From: Blastocladiella emersonii ATCC 22665
Lineage: Eukaryota > Fungi > Blastocladiomycota
Length of the DNA stretch: 64,000 nucleotides
Reading direction: 5' to 3'
Assembly (NCBI GenBank): GCA_025594325.1
Contig: JANHCV010000008.1
Coordinates: 558,001 to 622,000 of the forward strand
Made by a program: the position numbers and the translations under genes. Positions 30,509 to 41,785 of this stretch are shown here, piece after piece. The number at the start of each line of letters is the position of its first letter. The stretch's first letter is position 1. The notes under the pieces are model-generated. The model was given only the letters and a program-made list of their open reading frames with translations. It had not been told where the DNA came from and ran no database searches.

Positions 30509-31458
30509 AGACACTCCATGACCTGCCACGCTGCCTTCCTGCCTGCTAAGACGCTGCCTGCTAAGACGCTCCCCTGCCTTGACCTTGTACCTTGACCCCT
30601 GTCCTGCCCAATACATTGATGCTGCTAAGGACGCTCCCCCATCCTTGACCTCCCCCCGTACCCTGACCTCTTGTCTTTGAAAGTCCCAAATTCATGGCAA
30701 AAAAGGGTAGTGTATATATATACTCTGCTGTTTTTTGCCATGAATTTGGGACCTTTACGGTGAGTGGCTTCATAGCAGCTGCTTGCGGCAGGTGGTCAGG
30801 GACTGGCTCGGGGACTGGCTCGGGGACTGCTCACAGATCGACTTGCAGCTGTGCTCAGGGACCAGACCAGGGAACTCTGTCAGTGGGTAGCCGCAGCTGC
30901 GCTGCTCTTCGTCTCGCTGCGCTTGCAGGCCGCCGCCGACCGCTCGGGGTAAGCAATGGTCAGTCTGAGTGGTTGGTCAGGGACGGGCTCAGGGATCTGC
31001 TCTTGGACTTGTCTCGCAGATCAACTCGCAGATCGACTCGCAGCCGTGCTCAGGGACCAGACCAGGGAACTCTGTCAGTGGGTAGCCGCAGCTGCGCTGC
31101 TCTTCGTCTCGCTGCGCTCGCCGGCCGCCGCCAACCGCTCGGGGTAAGCAATGGTCAGCCCAAGGGGTTGGTTAGGGACGGGCTCGGGGGTCAGGTCAGG
31201 GACTCACTCCTGGACTGCTTGCCCCTCCCTTCCACCCACCCTCCCGCCTACCTGCTTCGGCCTTCGGCCTCCGTCCGCGTGTCGTGTTCCCTAAGGGAAC
31301 ACAACATTTGAATCCGACATTTTATTAACCACCCGGGGTAAGCAACGGGGTCTCACGTGGTTACCCCGAGTGACTGTCGCCGACCGCTCGGGGTAAGCAA
31401 TTGGTCAGCCCGAGTGGCAGTGGGTCAGCCCATGTCGTATCCCTTAAGGGATACGACA
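30509..31458. repeat. Right terminal inverted repeat (950 bp)
   Basis: Reverse complement of the left TIR minus one 195-bp unit; ends in the perfect palindrome TGTCGTATCCCTTAAGGGATACGACA. Confidence 0.92.
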
Positions 31459-31463
31459 CTTAC

Positions 31464-31710
31464 AATTGTCGCGTTCGAAGCAACGCACGCCAGCGTCACC
31501 ACGGACTCGACTACGCTGTCGAGCGACCTGATCTTTCTACTCCCGACAGCTTACCACATTCTCGCCGGCTCGGTTTTTGTGCTGGCTTATTTTGTTGGAT
31601 TCACGGTCGTGATCGTCTTCACCAAGCCCCCGTCGCCCTCCCCAAACGAGACTGAATCTCTGGCCCGTTCTCAATGGGCGCGGTCGCGAGCAAGCTCCGT
31701 TAAAGCGTAA
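31464..31710 (+). pseudogene. 7TM paralog 2, 3' part
   Basis: IVAFEATHASVTTDSTTLSSDLIFLLP...YFVGFTVVIVFTKPP matches the C-termini of paralogs 1 and 3. Confidence 0.9.
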
Positions 31711-32153
31711 GCCCAGAATGCGAGCGTGGATGATGTTGAACCCGATCAGTAGTAAATGCATAAGTGTGGACTAGAGATCTCAGTTGAGAAGCAGAAAACG
31801 TGATACGGTGAGCGCTGCCAGTCGAGTTGCGTCGTTCTCCATGCTCTCGACTGTGAGCGTGCGCGAAAGCTGGGGAACGCGACGCGTGTCTCATAACACG
31901 TGATGTCTCGCAGATTGCGCGACGCGTGCGGACACGCATCCGTGCGGACACCGATGGGCGCGATATCGCCGGGCAGATCGAAAAGACGACTGAATTGGCG
32001 GTTTCGATCCGTGCCAGGCGAGCACTATTCCTGGATCAGTGAACGCGAGAACCCGTCTCCCATAGCTCCCCCGCCTATGATCATGCTTGCAACAGAAATT
32101 GCTGAGGCCCGGATCACACAATACCCTTGTACTCCGCAATCCCTGAACCCGCC

Positions 32154-33428
32154 ATGAAGCTAAATGACATACTGCAACAAAGCCCGTTCGGTGACTGGGC
32201 AGCGACCGCGCACGGACTCGATAACAAGACGGCCTTGATCATCCAACAGTTCCACCTGATTGGACTTGCCGCGGCCTGCTTGGCGATCCCGTTTGCGAGC
32301 TACACGGCGTATCATCACTTCTACCGGCAGCGCCGCCGACTCTTTGCGCCGCGAACGTCCGAGTCAGCTCGCTTGAAGCCCATGCCCAACGAGTGCTTCA
32401 CGACTTCATTCCTCGCCTTTGTTCCGACTGTGATCGTTTGGCATCTCCTGCTCTACTTCGATGCGGGATCGCCCCTCTTGCGCCACTTTGTTCAAAACAT
32501 GCGCTATACGGTTTCGGAAATTGGGTGCATCCTGTACATCGTCGGGATCCTGTCAAGCATTCCGTCGGGCGCTGCGACCATTGCCAGTGGCTTTTCCCAG
32601 GAAACGCTGCCGCTTTGGAAGCGGCTCGTGCTCGCTGTGCCCGTTCCGAAACCCAAGATTATCAACCTGATCATGGTCTACTTCCTGGTGGTCCATGTCA
32701 TCGCAACCAACGGCATCACAATCGGCCTCGGGCTTGCTACAACCTGGGCCAAAGCACGGATCTGGCGCTCCGCGCTTTGGACGGTGTGGATCGTGTTCAC
32801 TGCGTTTCTTGCGGTTTCTCTCGCGCTGTTTGGCGTTCAGCTTCTCGTCATCATTGATGCGAACGAGCGTCATCGTCTGAAAACCGTAGTCCCGTCACGG
32901 CCCGAAAGCCTCTTGTCAGTCAAGGACGAGAACGTCGCCGCGCCAGCAGCCAATCCTCCGATCAAAAAGACGGCCCCTCTGCAGAGTCAGCCGGGCACTG
33001 GCGCGGCCAAGAAAAGCTTCTTCCGGTCCTCGCACTCAAGCCAAGGCGAGTCGAGTAGCTTGACGAAGCAAGGCGAATCCCCCGACGCCCGATCTCTGCG
33101 CCGCTCGCGTTCTTTGAGCCTCAAACAGTTGCGTGGAGTAATCCTGCTAGTCTCCTTGTTCGCCAGCGTTTACGTGATCGTGGACGTGTCGACGATGGTC
33201 GCGTTCGAACTCATCCACGCGAATCTGTCAAGCTCAGCGACAACGCTTTCTGGTGACATGCTGTTCGTTATTCCTGCGGCCTACCAGATCATGATGCCTC
33301 CGACAGCCGCCCTGGTTTACTTCATCGGCTTCACGGTTGTCATCGTGTTCTCCAAGCCGCCCTCGAGTACCGGTTCGCTCGCACGGTCGAGTTCATCACG
33401 GTCGCGATCGAACTCGCGGCAGTCGTAG
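32154..33428 (+). CDS. 7TM (GPCR-like topology) protein, paralog 3
   Basis: Intact ORF; ATG at 32154 aligns with the paralog starts. Confidence 0.8.
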   Translation: MKLNDILQQSPFGDWAATAHGLDNKTALIIQQFHLIGLAAACLAIPFASYTAYHHFYRQRRRLFAPRTSESARLKPMPNECFTTSFLAFVPTVIVWHLLLYFDAGSPLLRHFVQNMRYTVSEIGCILYIVGILSSIPSGAATIASGFSQETLPLWKRLVLAVPVPKPKIINLIMVYFLVVHVIATNGITIGLGLATTWAKARIWRSALWTVWIVFTAFLAVSLALFGVQLLVIIDANERHRLKTVVPSRPESLLSVKDENVAAPAANPPIKKTAPLQSQPGTGAAKKSFFRSSHSSQGESSSLTKQGESPDARSLRRSRSLSLKQLRGVILLVSLFASVYVIVDVSTMVAFELIHANLSSSATTLSGDMLFVIPAAYQIMMPPTAALVYFIGFTVVIVFSKPPSSTGSLARSSSSRSRSNSRQS

Positions 33429-33687
33429 CTCAAGATGTCGAAATATATGCGGTGCTAATCACAGACGCCTCGTCCTGTCGCGTGCCTCACACCACGTGCT
33501 GTCTCAAAGTGTGGCGCAGCGCGTCATCGCGCAAACCTCGAAGTGACGGCCCCAGCTGATCACGAATGTTCCCAGCCGCCGGTTGTTACGAACTGGCATG
33601 ATTCAAATATTGGGATACTCTCATCTCAACAACCTTTCTCTGCAAAGACCAGCGATTCCGCTTTGCCATGCACCCATTGTGCATGAG

Positions 33688-35427
33688 CTAGTGTTCGAGA
33701 TGACATAGCGGAAACCGCTCACGGAACGCTGCGAGGCGACCGTCGTCCCTCTGCGAAGCACGAAAGTCCCGCAGCCTGACGTAGGTAAGGTTTTCAAGAC
33801 GGCAAGCCGCGAGCGTGTCAAAAACCGTACGGGTGAGCAGAGAACCAGCGAACGAGAGCTTGCGAAGCGATTGAGGCAGTTCGCCGAGGATCGTAGCTGT
33901 TAATCCATCGGTCACATTGAATGTGTTGAGAGAGAACTCCTCGAGAGTCGGTGGAAGCTGCTTGACAAACGGCTGCACCGCACTCGGAAGAATGAGAGTG
34001 GCCGACATATTGAGAGTCCGCAGACCGCGTGGAAGGCGCTGAACGAGCGCAAGGAGGTCTGCTGAGCTGCCTCGACTCCGTGGAAAGTCAACAGTGACGC
34101 TGCGCAAGGTGGACGAAAAGGTATCGCCGATGAGACTGAGGCTCGCGCCGAACAGCGGGCAAAGCTCGGACGAGAAGGTCTCGAGGTTTGGCGGGAAGCG
34201 TTGGGCCAGATGGGTCCAATCGCCCTCGGGAATCAAGTCTAGACCAGGGGCCGGTGCTGTTTTGAGTGAAAGGGTCTTGAGCGATGTCGGGAGGCGCGGA
34301 GCAAAGATGGCCCCGAGATCCCCCAAGACAACGCTTGCATCGACAGAGAGACTCTCGACGCTCGCCGGAAGCCGCTGCGCAAAAGCCTCCACTAAAGCAA
34401 CATCGTCCCAGTGAATCGAGCGCAGATCAAGTGTCGTGAGCGTCGTCGGAAGGCCATGTACGAGGTCGAGCACGCAGGCAGCGCTTATCGCGTGGCCACC
34501 AGAGTCACCGATGATACTGAGAGATGTGAGCGAGGGTGGCAGATGGCGGAACGGCCACGACTCTCCGACGAGTCGGACGTTCCGTACCTTGAGCAGCGTG
34601 ACGGTATCAGGAAGCCGGGGACCTTCGGCCGCCTCGCTCACCCGGTAGAATATGGCGTGGTCAAACTCGAGCGATGTTACGTGAGACGGGATTCGAAGAC
34701 GAGTCAAGGCTGGCAGCGCCGCGCAACACCGTTCAAACGACAAGCTCGGGCCCACGCGGCCGTAGTCCACAAGATCAACCGAAAGCATGACTGCGCTCGT
34801 CGGCACGATGCGAAAGTTGTGGTAGGTTCGTGACGGAAGCTGGGACCCAGCACCTCCAGGTCGGTTTGAAATTTCGCGGATTTTTCGGTTGATCAGATCA
34901 CTAGTCGAAGGCGCAGTTTTCTGGCGGGGGAAAAGTCAGTCATTCCGTGATTTGGGAGTAATAGATTCACGAAATCGACGTACCGCGTCCAGGAGCACCC
35001 GGAACGTCCCCGCGGGAAGCGATTCGATAAGTACGGGAAGGCCGAGGTCGCGCCAGTTGTCGAGAAACTCGAACTGGTCCCGCTCAAAAGCTTCTTTCAG
35101 GAAGGTCATGTAGTTCGAGGGGAACTCGCGACCGCTTGCCTGCCAAAGTTTCAGCGGTGCGAGTTTCCCACGCTTGATGACTTCGCGTAGGTCCAGATTG
35201 GCGAGTGCGCGTTCAACTATCGCATCGAAGACGCGAGGCGCATCTCGGCGTGTCATGACGCGGGCATAAGGTGCAAGAAGCGCCGGGTTCTCGCCGGCAG
35301 GATGCAGGCGGACGGCGTGCACGAGGACCGACTCGAAGACGGCCGTCACGTTGAGCCGGAAGACGGGCCCCGGGCTGTCCTGAGTGCGTTGCATCAAGTT
35401 TTGTTCCATCTTGGGAGCTGCACGCAT
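33688..35427 (-). CDS. Two-exon LRR protein with conserved N-terminal helical domain (family copy 1, apparently intact)
   Basis: A phase-0 intron 34983-34921 (GTACGT...CCGCCAG) joins ORF 34936-35427 in frame to the LPxxLxxL-repeat ORF 33688-34806. Confidence 0.75.
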
Positions 35428-37185
35428 GGGTGGTAGGCACGAAACGGGAGAGAGCGTTCATCGGGGCGGCGGCGGTGGGAACGCGCAAGCCGCACCGCGT
35501 GCCGCGTGTCTCACACAACGTGATTGATCGACGCGTCTCCAAATGCGGTCCGTCACCCATTCAGCAAGCACGAAAAAGTGCTCAACGCCTCAACGTTTAT
35601 ACTTTATTAGTTCAAGTACACGTGACCGCGTTGCGCCACAGTCACCGGACGCGTGCGACCCCGCCCGCGTCACGCGCGTCACGCGCACCGCGCCGATCTC
35701 CTTTGTCATCGCCGCGGACCGCCTCACCTCACCGAGCGACGCGTCGGCCCGCTCACATCGGACGACGCGCCTCCGCATCCCCTCTCTCTCTTGTTCCTTT
35801 GACCAGTTGCTAGTATTAGCCACCACATACAGCCTGTTGTCCTCTCGTGAACCTCCTCACCGTCTCCTCTTGTGAACCTCTTCACCGTCCCCTCTTGTGA
35901 ACCTCTTCACCGCCTCGATCTTCATCTCCGCCAAGATCGCACGTCCATCGTGCCGAGCTTCCTCCCAGTCGAGTACGCTTCAACTTTATTATGAAAACCG
36001 TCCCCGAAAGGTGACTTTACAGAACGGATACCGGGTGCGGAAAGCAGCCAAGCGCGTATCTTGACTGTCGATGGTAAAAGTGTAGATATCCAGCTGACAA
36101 GCTCCGGTTAGATGTGGGCTGCGAATCAGTTCAAATACGGCTGCCGTAATCCCTCGCGATCGGAACGATATCTTCTTGAGCGGATTTGTGAGAGCGTTGA
36201 TGACAGCAGCTGCACTCGGGTCATCAAATTCTCGGGCACAAAGATCGAATACCTCGAGCGAAGAAGGCAAATTGGCGGCAAGTACATCCAAGCCATGCCG
36301 TTCCATCGAGGGATCGGTGATATCGAAGCGCTTCAGGTCTTTTGGAAGCTGCGGGCCGAGTCGGGCGAGATTGGCCACTGTGAACCCGTTGCAATGGAAA
36401 ATAAGTTGGCGGATGGTCTGCGGAAATGAGCCAGGGATAATATCAAGCATATCTCCCGTGAGGCCACAATAACTCGTCTGAAACGTTGATAGAGTTGATG
36501 GGAGAATCCCGCAAAGGCGTGTCCAGTTGGAAGCGCTGGGAGAGTCCGTGTGCCGAACGAGCGTCAACTGCCGCAGAGACGAATGGAGGCCGGGAGCAAA
36601 GTAATCGCCCGAATCCCCAATGATAATACTCGCGTCAACGATCAGACGCTCGAGTTTGCGCGGAATGTTGGCGGTAACACGGCTGTCATTGCAGCGTTCT
36701 GTTGATGCCGACAGAAGGAGGCGGGAGACAAGTAGTCAGGGATGTCTGTTCCTGCCTTCGGCCCCGAACCCAAGACGGGGAGAGGGGAGAATGGATAACA
36801 AAGCAGGGCGCGCCGCAGCGGGGTGCGGCGGCGCGGGAGCGAGGGATTGCGGGCGGCTCACGCGAGATCAGATGATTGATCACCGCGGTCGTGGCCACAT
36901 GAACGACACGCAACATCACCTCCCCCCAGACCGTGACCTGAGCGACTTGACGAACCCTTGGTACACCGCGTTCTTGAGCTGGCGACCGGACCGGCTGCGC
37001 GTGATGGACGACGGCGGGTCGGGCGAGGGTGAGCGCGCGCGCTTCGGGTTGGCGCGGGCGGGCGATGAGGCGGCCGAGGACTGCGTGACCGAGAACTGCG
37101 ACTTGTCGGCCGAGACTTGGCGAGGAGCAGGATCTTGGCGTGGAGCGGGCGCAGGGGAAGACGCGGCGACCTTGGAGGCGAGACG

Positions 37186-39760
37186 CTACAGCGAACGCTG
37201 GCGCTCGAGCCGGGTGTCGGCCGAGATCTTCTTGTGGTAGTCGTTGATGGCGCCGGCGGTGTCGAAGCCGCTGGCGGGGATCCACGAGTTCTCGGCGGAG
37301 CGATCGGACCAGCGGACCAGGTACTCGCGCTCGCCGTTCGCGCCGTCGCGATGACGGAGGATGTCGCGCACGGTGTCCGATTCGCCCAAAGGCGCCGACT
37401 CGGGCTGGATGAGGCGCAGGTGGTGCGCGGGGATTTTCTCAACGAGTGCGCCAGTGGCGTCGCGGAGCACGTACGCGCCGCCACGGTTGCGGCGGACCAC
37501 CGTGTACGGGCCCTCGTAGCGTGGGTCGAGGCGGGAGGCGCGGTCGGTGGTCATGCGCATGACGATGGCGCCCGCGGGGAAGTCGGTGGCGATGATCTTG
37601 CGGTGCTGATCGGCGCGCGCCTGCACGACGGCGTTGCGGTCGGCGGTGCGCTGCGCAATGGCGGGGTAGATGGACTCGGTCATGAGCTTGAGGCGAGCGA
37701 GCTGCTCCTGCTCGGTCATGTCGCGGAGGGGCGGCTGCGCGCGGTAGTCGCGGAGCGCGTTGGCGGGACGCGCGAACATGAGCGAGAAGGGCGTCAAGCC
37801 GTGGCGCGCGTGCGCGCGCATGTTGTAGGCGTACTGGATGGCCGGGACCATGGCGGGCCAGCGGTTGAGCTGCCCGTTGAGCGAGGGGAGCAGCATCTCC
37901 TTGACCGAGCGAACGAGACGCTCCGAGGCGCTGTTGGCCTGCGGGTGGTACGGCGACACGAGGCGGCGGTCGATGCCGGCCATGTCAGCGAGCGAGGCGA
38001 TGATCTGGTTGGCGAACTTGGGGCCGTTGTCGGACTGGATGGTACGCGGGAAGCCGAACTGGAAGCACGTGGCCAGGAAGCAGGTGGCGACCTCGCCGGC
38101 AGACGTGGAGCGGATTGGGTGGAGCCACGCAAACTGGGTGCAGATGTTGATGATCACGAGCACGTGCGTGCATCTGTCGGGCGAGATGGGCAGCTGCATG
38201 CAGTCCATGGACAGGTGGTCGAGCGGCAGCAGCGCCTCGATCGAGCGCATCGGGTGGAAACCCTGCCGCGTGGCCGAGAACCGCACACACGGGATGCAAC
38301 CGGCAATGACGCGCCGGCAGTTGGCGAGCATGCCGGACCATTCGTGGCCGAGGACGACGAGCTGCTGCTGTGTGGCCGCGGGACCCAAGTGGCCCCAGTT
38401 GTGCACGTTGCGGATGATCTGGTCGCGCTGGTCACGCGGAACGGGCGCCGTGTCGAGGCGCTGTGCGGGCGGGACAGTGCTGATGGGCGAGAACTTGGGC
38501 CGCGGCGCGCTACCCTTGGGGGCGGGTGCAGCGGCGACGACGCGGGCGTGCACGGCGGGCGCGGGTGTTGAGGAAGAGCTGCCCCCATGGGTGGGTGCGG
38601 CAGCGAAAGCGTGGGCCCGCTCTGCGGGCGGGAGCGAGGCCGGCGCAAGGAAGAAGTGTTGAGCACAATTCTCCGCGAGGGAGAGATCGTGCGTCATGAG
38701 CTGCTTGAGCTCGCCGTCGCCGAGGGCACACTTGGGGAGAGATGGCGCGGGAGAGGATCTGGAGGGACCCCCCCCCACCAGCGGGCGCCCACGGGGGGAA
38801 CGCAATACAGGACGACGGCCAGCGCGGTTGATGGCGACGAGACGGGCACGGGCGTCAGTATTATACAGGCGCGGCAGGATGTCGGGCAGCACGTTCAGGA
38901 CGCCGGGGAGGTGCGTGACTGAGAACGAGAGGGAGAGCAGCGTGTCAAGCCAGTTTTTGAGGATGGGCGACAGGCGCTTCTGCATGAACATGTGGGTGAG
39001 CGCCGTGTGGTCTGTGAACAACGCGAAACGGCGGCCGTGGAGGTAGTAGAAGAAGCGAGTGAGCGCGAAGACGATGCCGAGGAGCTCGCGCTTGGTGGCC
39101 AAGTAGTTCTGCTCGGCGGGCTGCAGAGAGCGAGAGGCAAATGAGATGTAGCGCGGGGACTTGCGGCTACCCTGGAACAGGACGGCGCCGAGACCAACGT
39201 TCGAGGCGTTGGTAGCGACGAAGAACGGCTTGGAGAAATCAGGCGGCGCGAGACACGGGGCGGCGGCGGCGGCGACGGCGGCCTTTAAGGCGAGGAACGC
39301 CTGCTCGCACTCGTCGGTCCACACGTTGCAGACGTCGAGGTCAATGCGCTTGAGGTTTGCGCAGCGCGTTGAGCGGGTGCATGAGGACCGCGGCGAGCGG
39401 GATGTAGGCGCGCAGGTAGTTGACAAGGCCGAGGAACTTCTGGACCTGGTTGCTGGACGTTGGACGCGGCCAGTCGCGGATCGAGACGACCTTGGCCTTG
39501 GCGGGCTGCACGCCCTTGGCCAAGACGACGTGGCCGAGCAGGTGCACGCATGCGTAGTAGAAGAAGCACTTGGCGGGGTTGAGGCGGAGGTTCCACCGCG
39601 TGAGATGGTAGACGACGAGGACAAGGTGCTGCGTGTGCTCCTCGATCGAGGCCGAGAAGATGACAAGATTGTTGATGAAGACGCGCACGAACGGCATGTT
39701 GTGGAAGATGTTGGACATGACGGCCTGGAACTGCGCCAAGAGGGTCTTGATGGCAAACAG
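37186..39760 (-). pseudogene. pol: pol remnant: RT C-terminal half, RNase H, integrase and chromodomain; frameshifted
   Basis: FFVATNASNVGLGAVL (RNase H), an HHCC finger, LSMDC/QSDNGPKF/SASER (integrase DDE) and REYLVRWSD...NSW (chromodomain). The RT YxDD motif reads FINN. Confidence 0.9.
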
Positions 39761-40360
39761 GCCGTGCGAAGACGACATCGAGCTGGATAGAGCCGGAATA
39801 ATGTTGTTGGGGAACAGGTCTGCACGCACGGTCAGGAACGCCGGGTAGCACCAAGAAGGCTCGCTGCGAACAGGCGTGTGGTTCGCTGCAGCCAAACGAG
39901 CGCGCGAAGACGACATCGGGCTGGATAGAGCCGGAATGATGAGGTCAGAGATATTATTATTGTGAGCGACAAGCGCCACGTACAGGTCGCGGATGGACGC
40001 GCGTGCCCAGGTCACAAAAATGCGGGCGTGCCCAGCCAGTCGGGGTCGACTGCACCGGCGCCGTCGTGCTCACGGCGCGCACCAGAGCGGGCGGGGGCAG
40101 CGAAATGCGCGACGGGACCGAGGCGGCCGCAAAGGGGATCGTTGTGGGTGACAGTGGCAGCGCGGGCCGAGGTGGGGCCAAGGCGGGAGCCAACAATGAT
40201 GTGGTAGAACTTGTTGAGCAGGTGCGCGAACAGGCTGGTGGCGGACGCCGGCAGGAGGGCGAGGACACGGAGGTGGTGGGCAAGCAGGGGCTGGGAGCGG
40301 GGAATGCCGTTGACCGCGCGGGCAGGCAAGGAGACGAACTCGGAGCGGGAGCGCTCGAGG

Positions 40361-41785
40361 TCATCCGCCAAACTTGGTCTCGAGACCCGCGGGCCAGACG
40401 GGCGCCACAGCCGCGTGGTAGTTGCGCGGGGCGCGCTCGCGCACAGCGGAGCAGGAGCGCGAGCAGGACCGGGGACGCAAGCGGGACCGGGAGCGCAAGC
40501 GCTGACGCTGGTCGCGGCCGCCACGATCACGATTGTGGCGGTCGTCGGGCACGGCGAGAAGCGCGCGCGGGGCGTTGCAGGACGCGCGGTTGTCACGGCC
40601 AGCCTTGCCCTTGTTGTAGTGGCCGTTCTTGTTGTGGGCGCCGCCGCCGCGGTGGTTGTTGTAGATGTTGTTGTTCTTGTTGTTGTAGTTGTTGTTGTAG
40701 TAGTAGTTGTTGTTGTTGTTGTTGTTGTAGTTGTTGTTGTTCTTGTTCTTGTCCTTGTCCTTGTTGCCCAACTTGGTGCGCGCAGCTGGCATGGCGGACG
40801 AGGCGTCGCCAGCGTCGCCGGCGGGCGCCTTGCTGCGCGAGGCGATCTGGACGTAGCCGTGGGGGCTGATGAGGTCGACAAGCGTGAGCGGGGTGTACTT
40901 GGAGGTGGCGGTGCCAAGCGTGTGGCAGAGGGCGTTGTAGACGTCGTCCTTGATGCCCTTGACTGAGTTGAGGAACAAGGAGAGGAGCGCAGGAGGCAGG
41001 TGGCCGGTGGGATCCAGGCAACCCCCCTCGCAGAGGCGCCGGACAAACACGACGCAGTGGCGCTCGAGGGTGAGGCCCAGAGTGGCGGGGAAGGAGAGGT
41101 CGAGGTAGCGGACAATGGCGGCGCGCTCCATGTGGTCGAAGAAGTGGGCGATCAGCTGGTGCTCCTTGAGACCGGCGCCCTTGCGGACCATCGACTTGTA
41201 CACAACCTGGGCGTCGTGGCCGACGGTGGTGGTGGCGGCGTCAAGCAGCTTGTACAGGTCGTGCAGCAGGTAGAGGTCGCGGAGGTTGCGGAGGAAGGTG
41301 GCTGGGTCTCAGCAGTTGCCGCGGGTCGGGTGGCGGAAGTTGATGCGGGTGCTCTCAATGTTGGCGCGCAGCTGCTTGTTGACGCTGGTGGTTGACGCGG
41401 CGGGAGCGGCTGGCGAGGCGGCGGCCGGCGCGGCTGGGGGCGCCCCAGCGGGCAGCATGTCAACGGCGAGGTTGATCATGTTGTTGTAGCGCGAGTGCGC
41501 GGCGATGAGCGCGTCCAGCGCCTTGGCGGCCTGAGCCTGCAGCTTGGGCGGGTGGGTGGCTGACGTGCCGTTGCCCTGGGACGGCGCGGGTTGCGCGGCG
41601 GCGTAGATGGCGGCCGAGCAGGCAGCGAACTGCTCAGCGAGTAGCTGGCGCAGCTCGGCGGCGCGCGCGCGTGTGGCGGGCACGGCCTGGGGGTCCTTGG
41701 CCGCGGTGCTGCATGTGCCGGGGAGCGCGGAGATGTTGCTGCAGAGCGCCGGCGAGATGGTGAAGGTGGTGGGGTTCGAGGCCAT
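40361..41785 (-). pseudogene. gag: gag remnant with Asn-rich low-complexity tract
   Basis: Lies between the 5' LTR and pol, is broken across frames, and contains KNKNNNNYNNNNNNNYYYNNNYNNK. Confidence 0.6.

Larger units (their letters stand above)
14724..31458. mobile_element. Complete endogenous Polinton-like/virophage-like virus, 16,735 bp
   Basis: TG...CA termini, TSD CTTAC (14719-14723 and 31459-31463), about 1-kb TIRs, and capsid, ATPase, integrase and primase-helicase genes between them. Confidence 0.95.

Noticed and set aside
30130-30616. Gly-rich ORFs near the right TIR
   Set aside because: They are by-products of C-rich microsatellite repeats, open in several frames.
14724-31458. 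Classification as a classical Maverick/Polinton or a Lavidaviridae virophage
   Set aside because: No pPolB or cysteine protease ORF was seen, and the MCP size and motifs look PLV-like. The final call needs a phylogeny.
14718-31463. 6-bp TSD (ACTTAC), as in canonical Polintons
   Set aside because: It is formally possible but would remove the terminal A and break TIR symmetry. The 5-bp CTTAC with TG...CA ends is more parsimonious.
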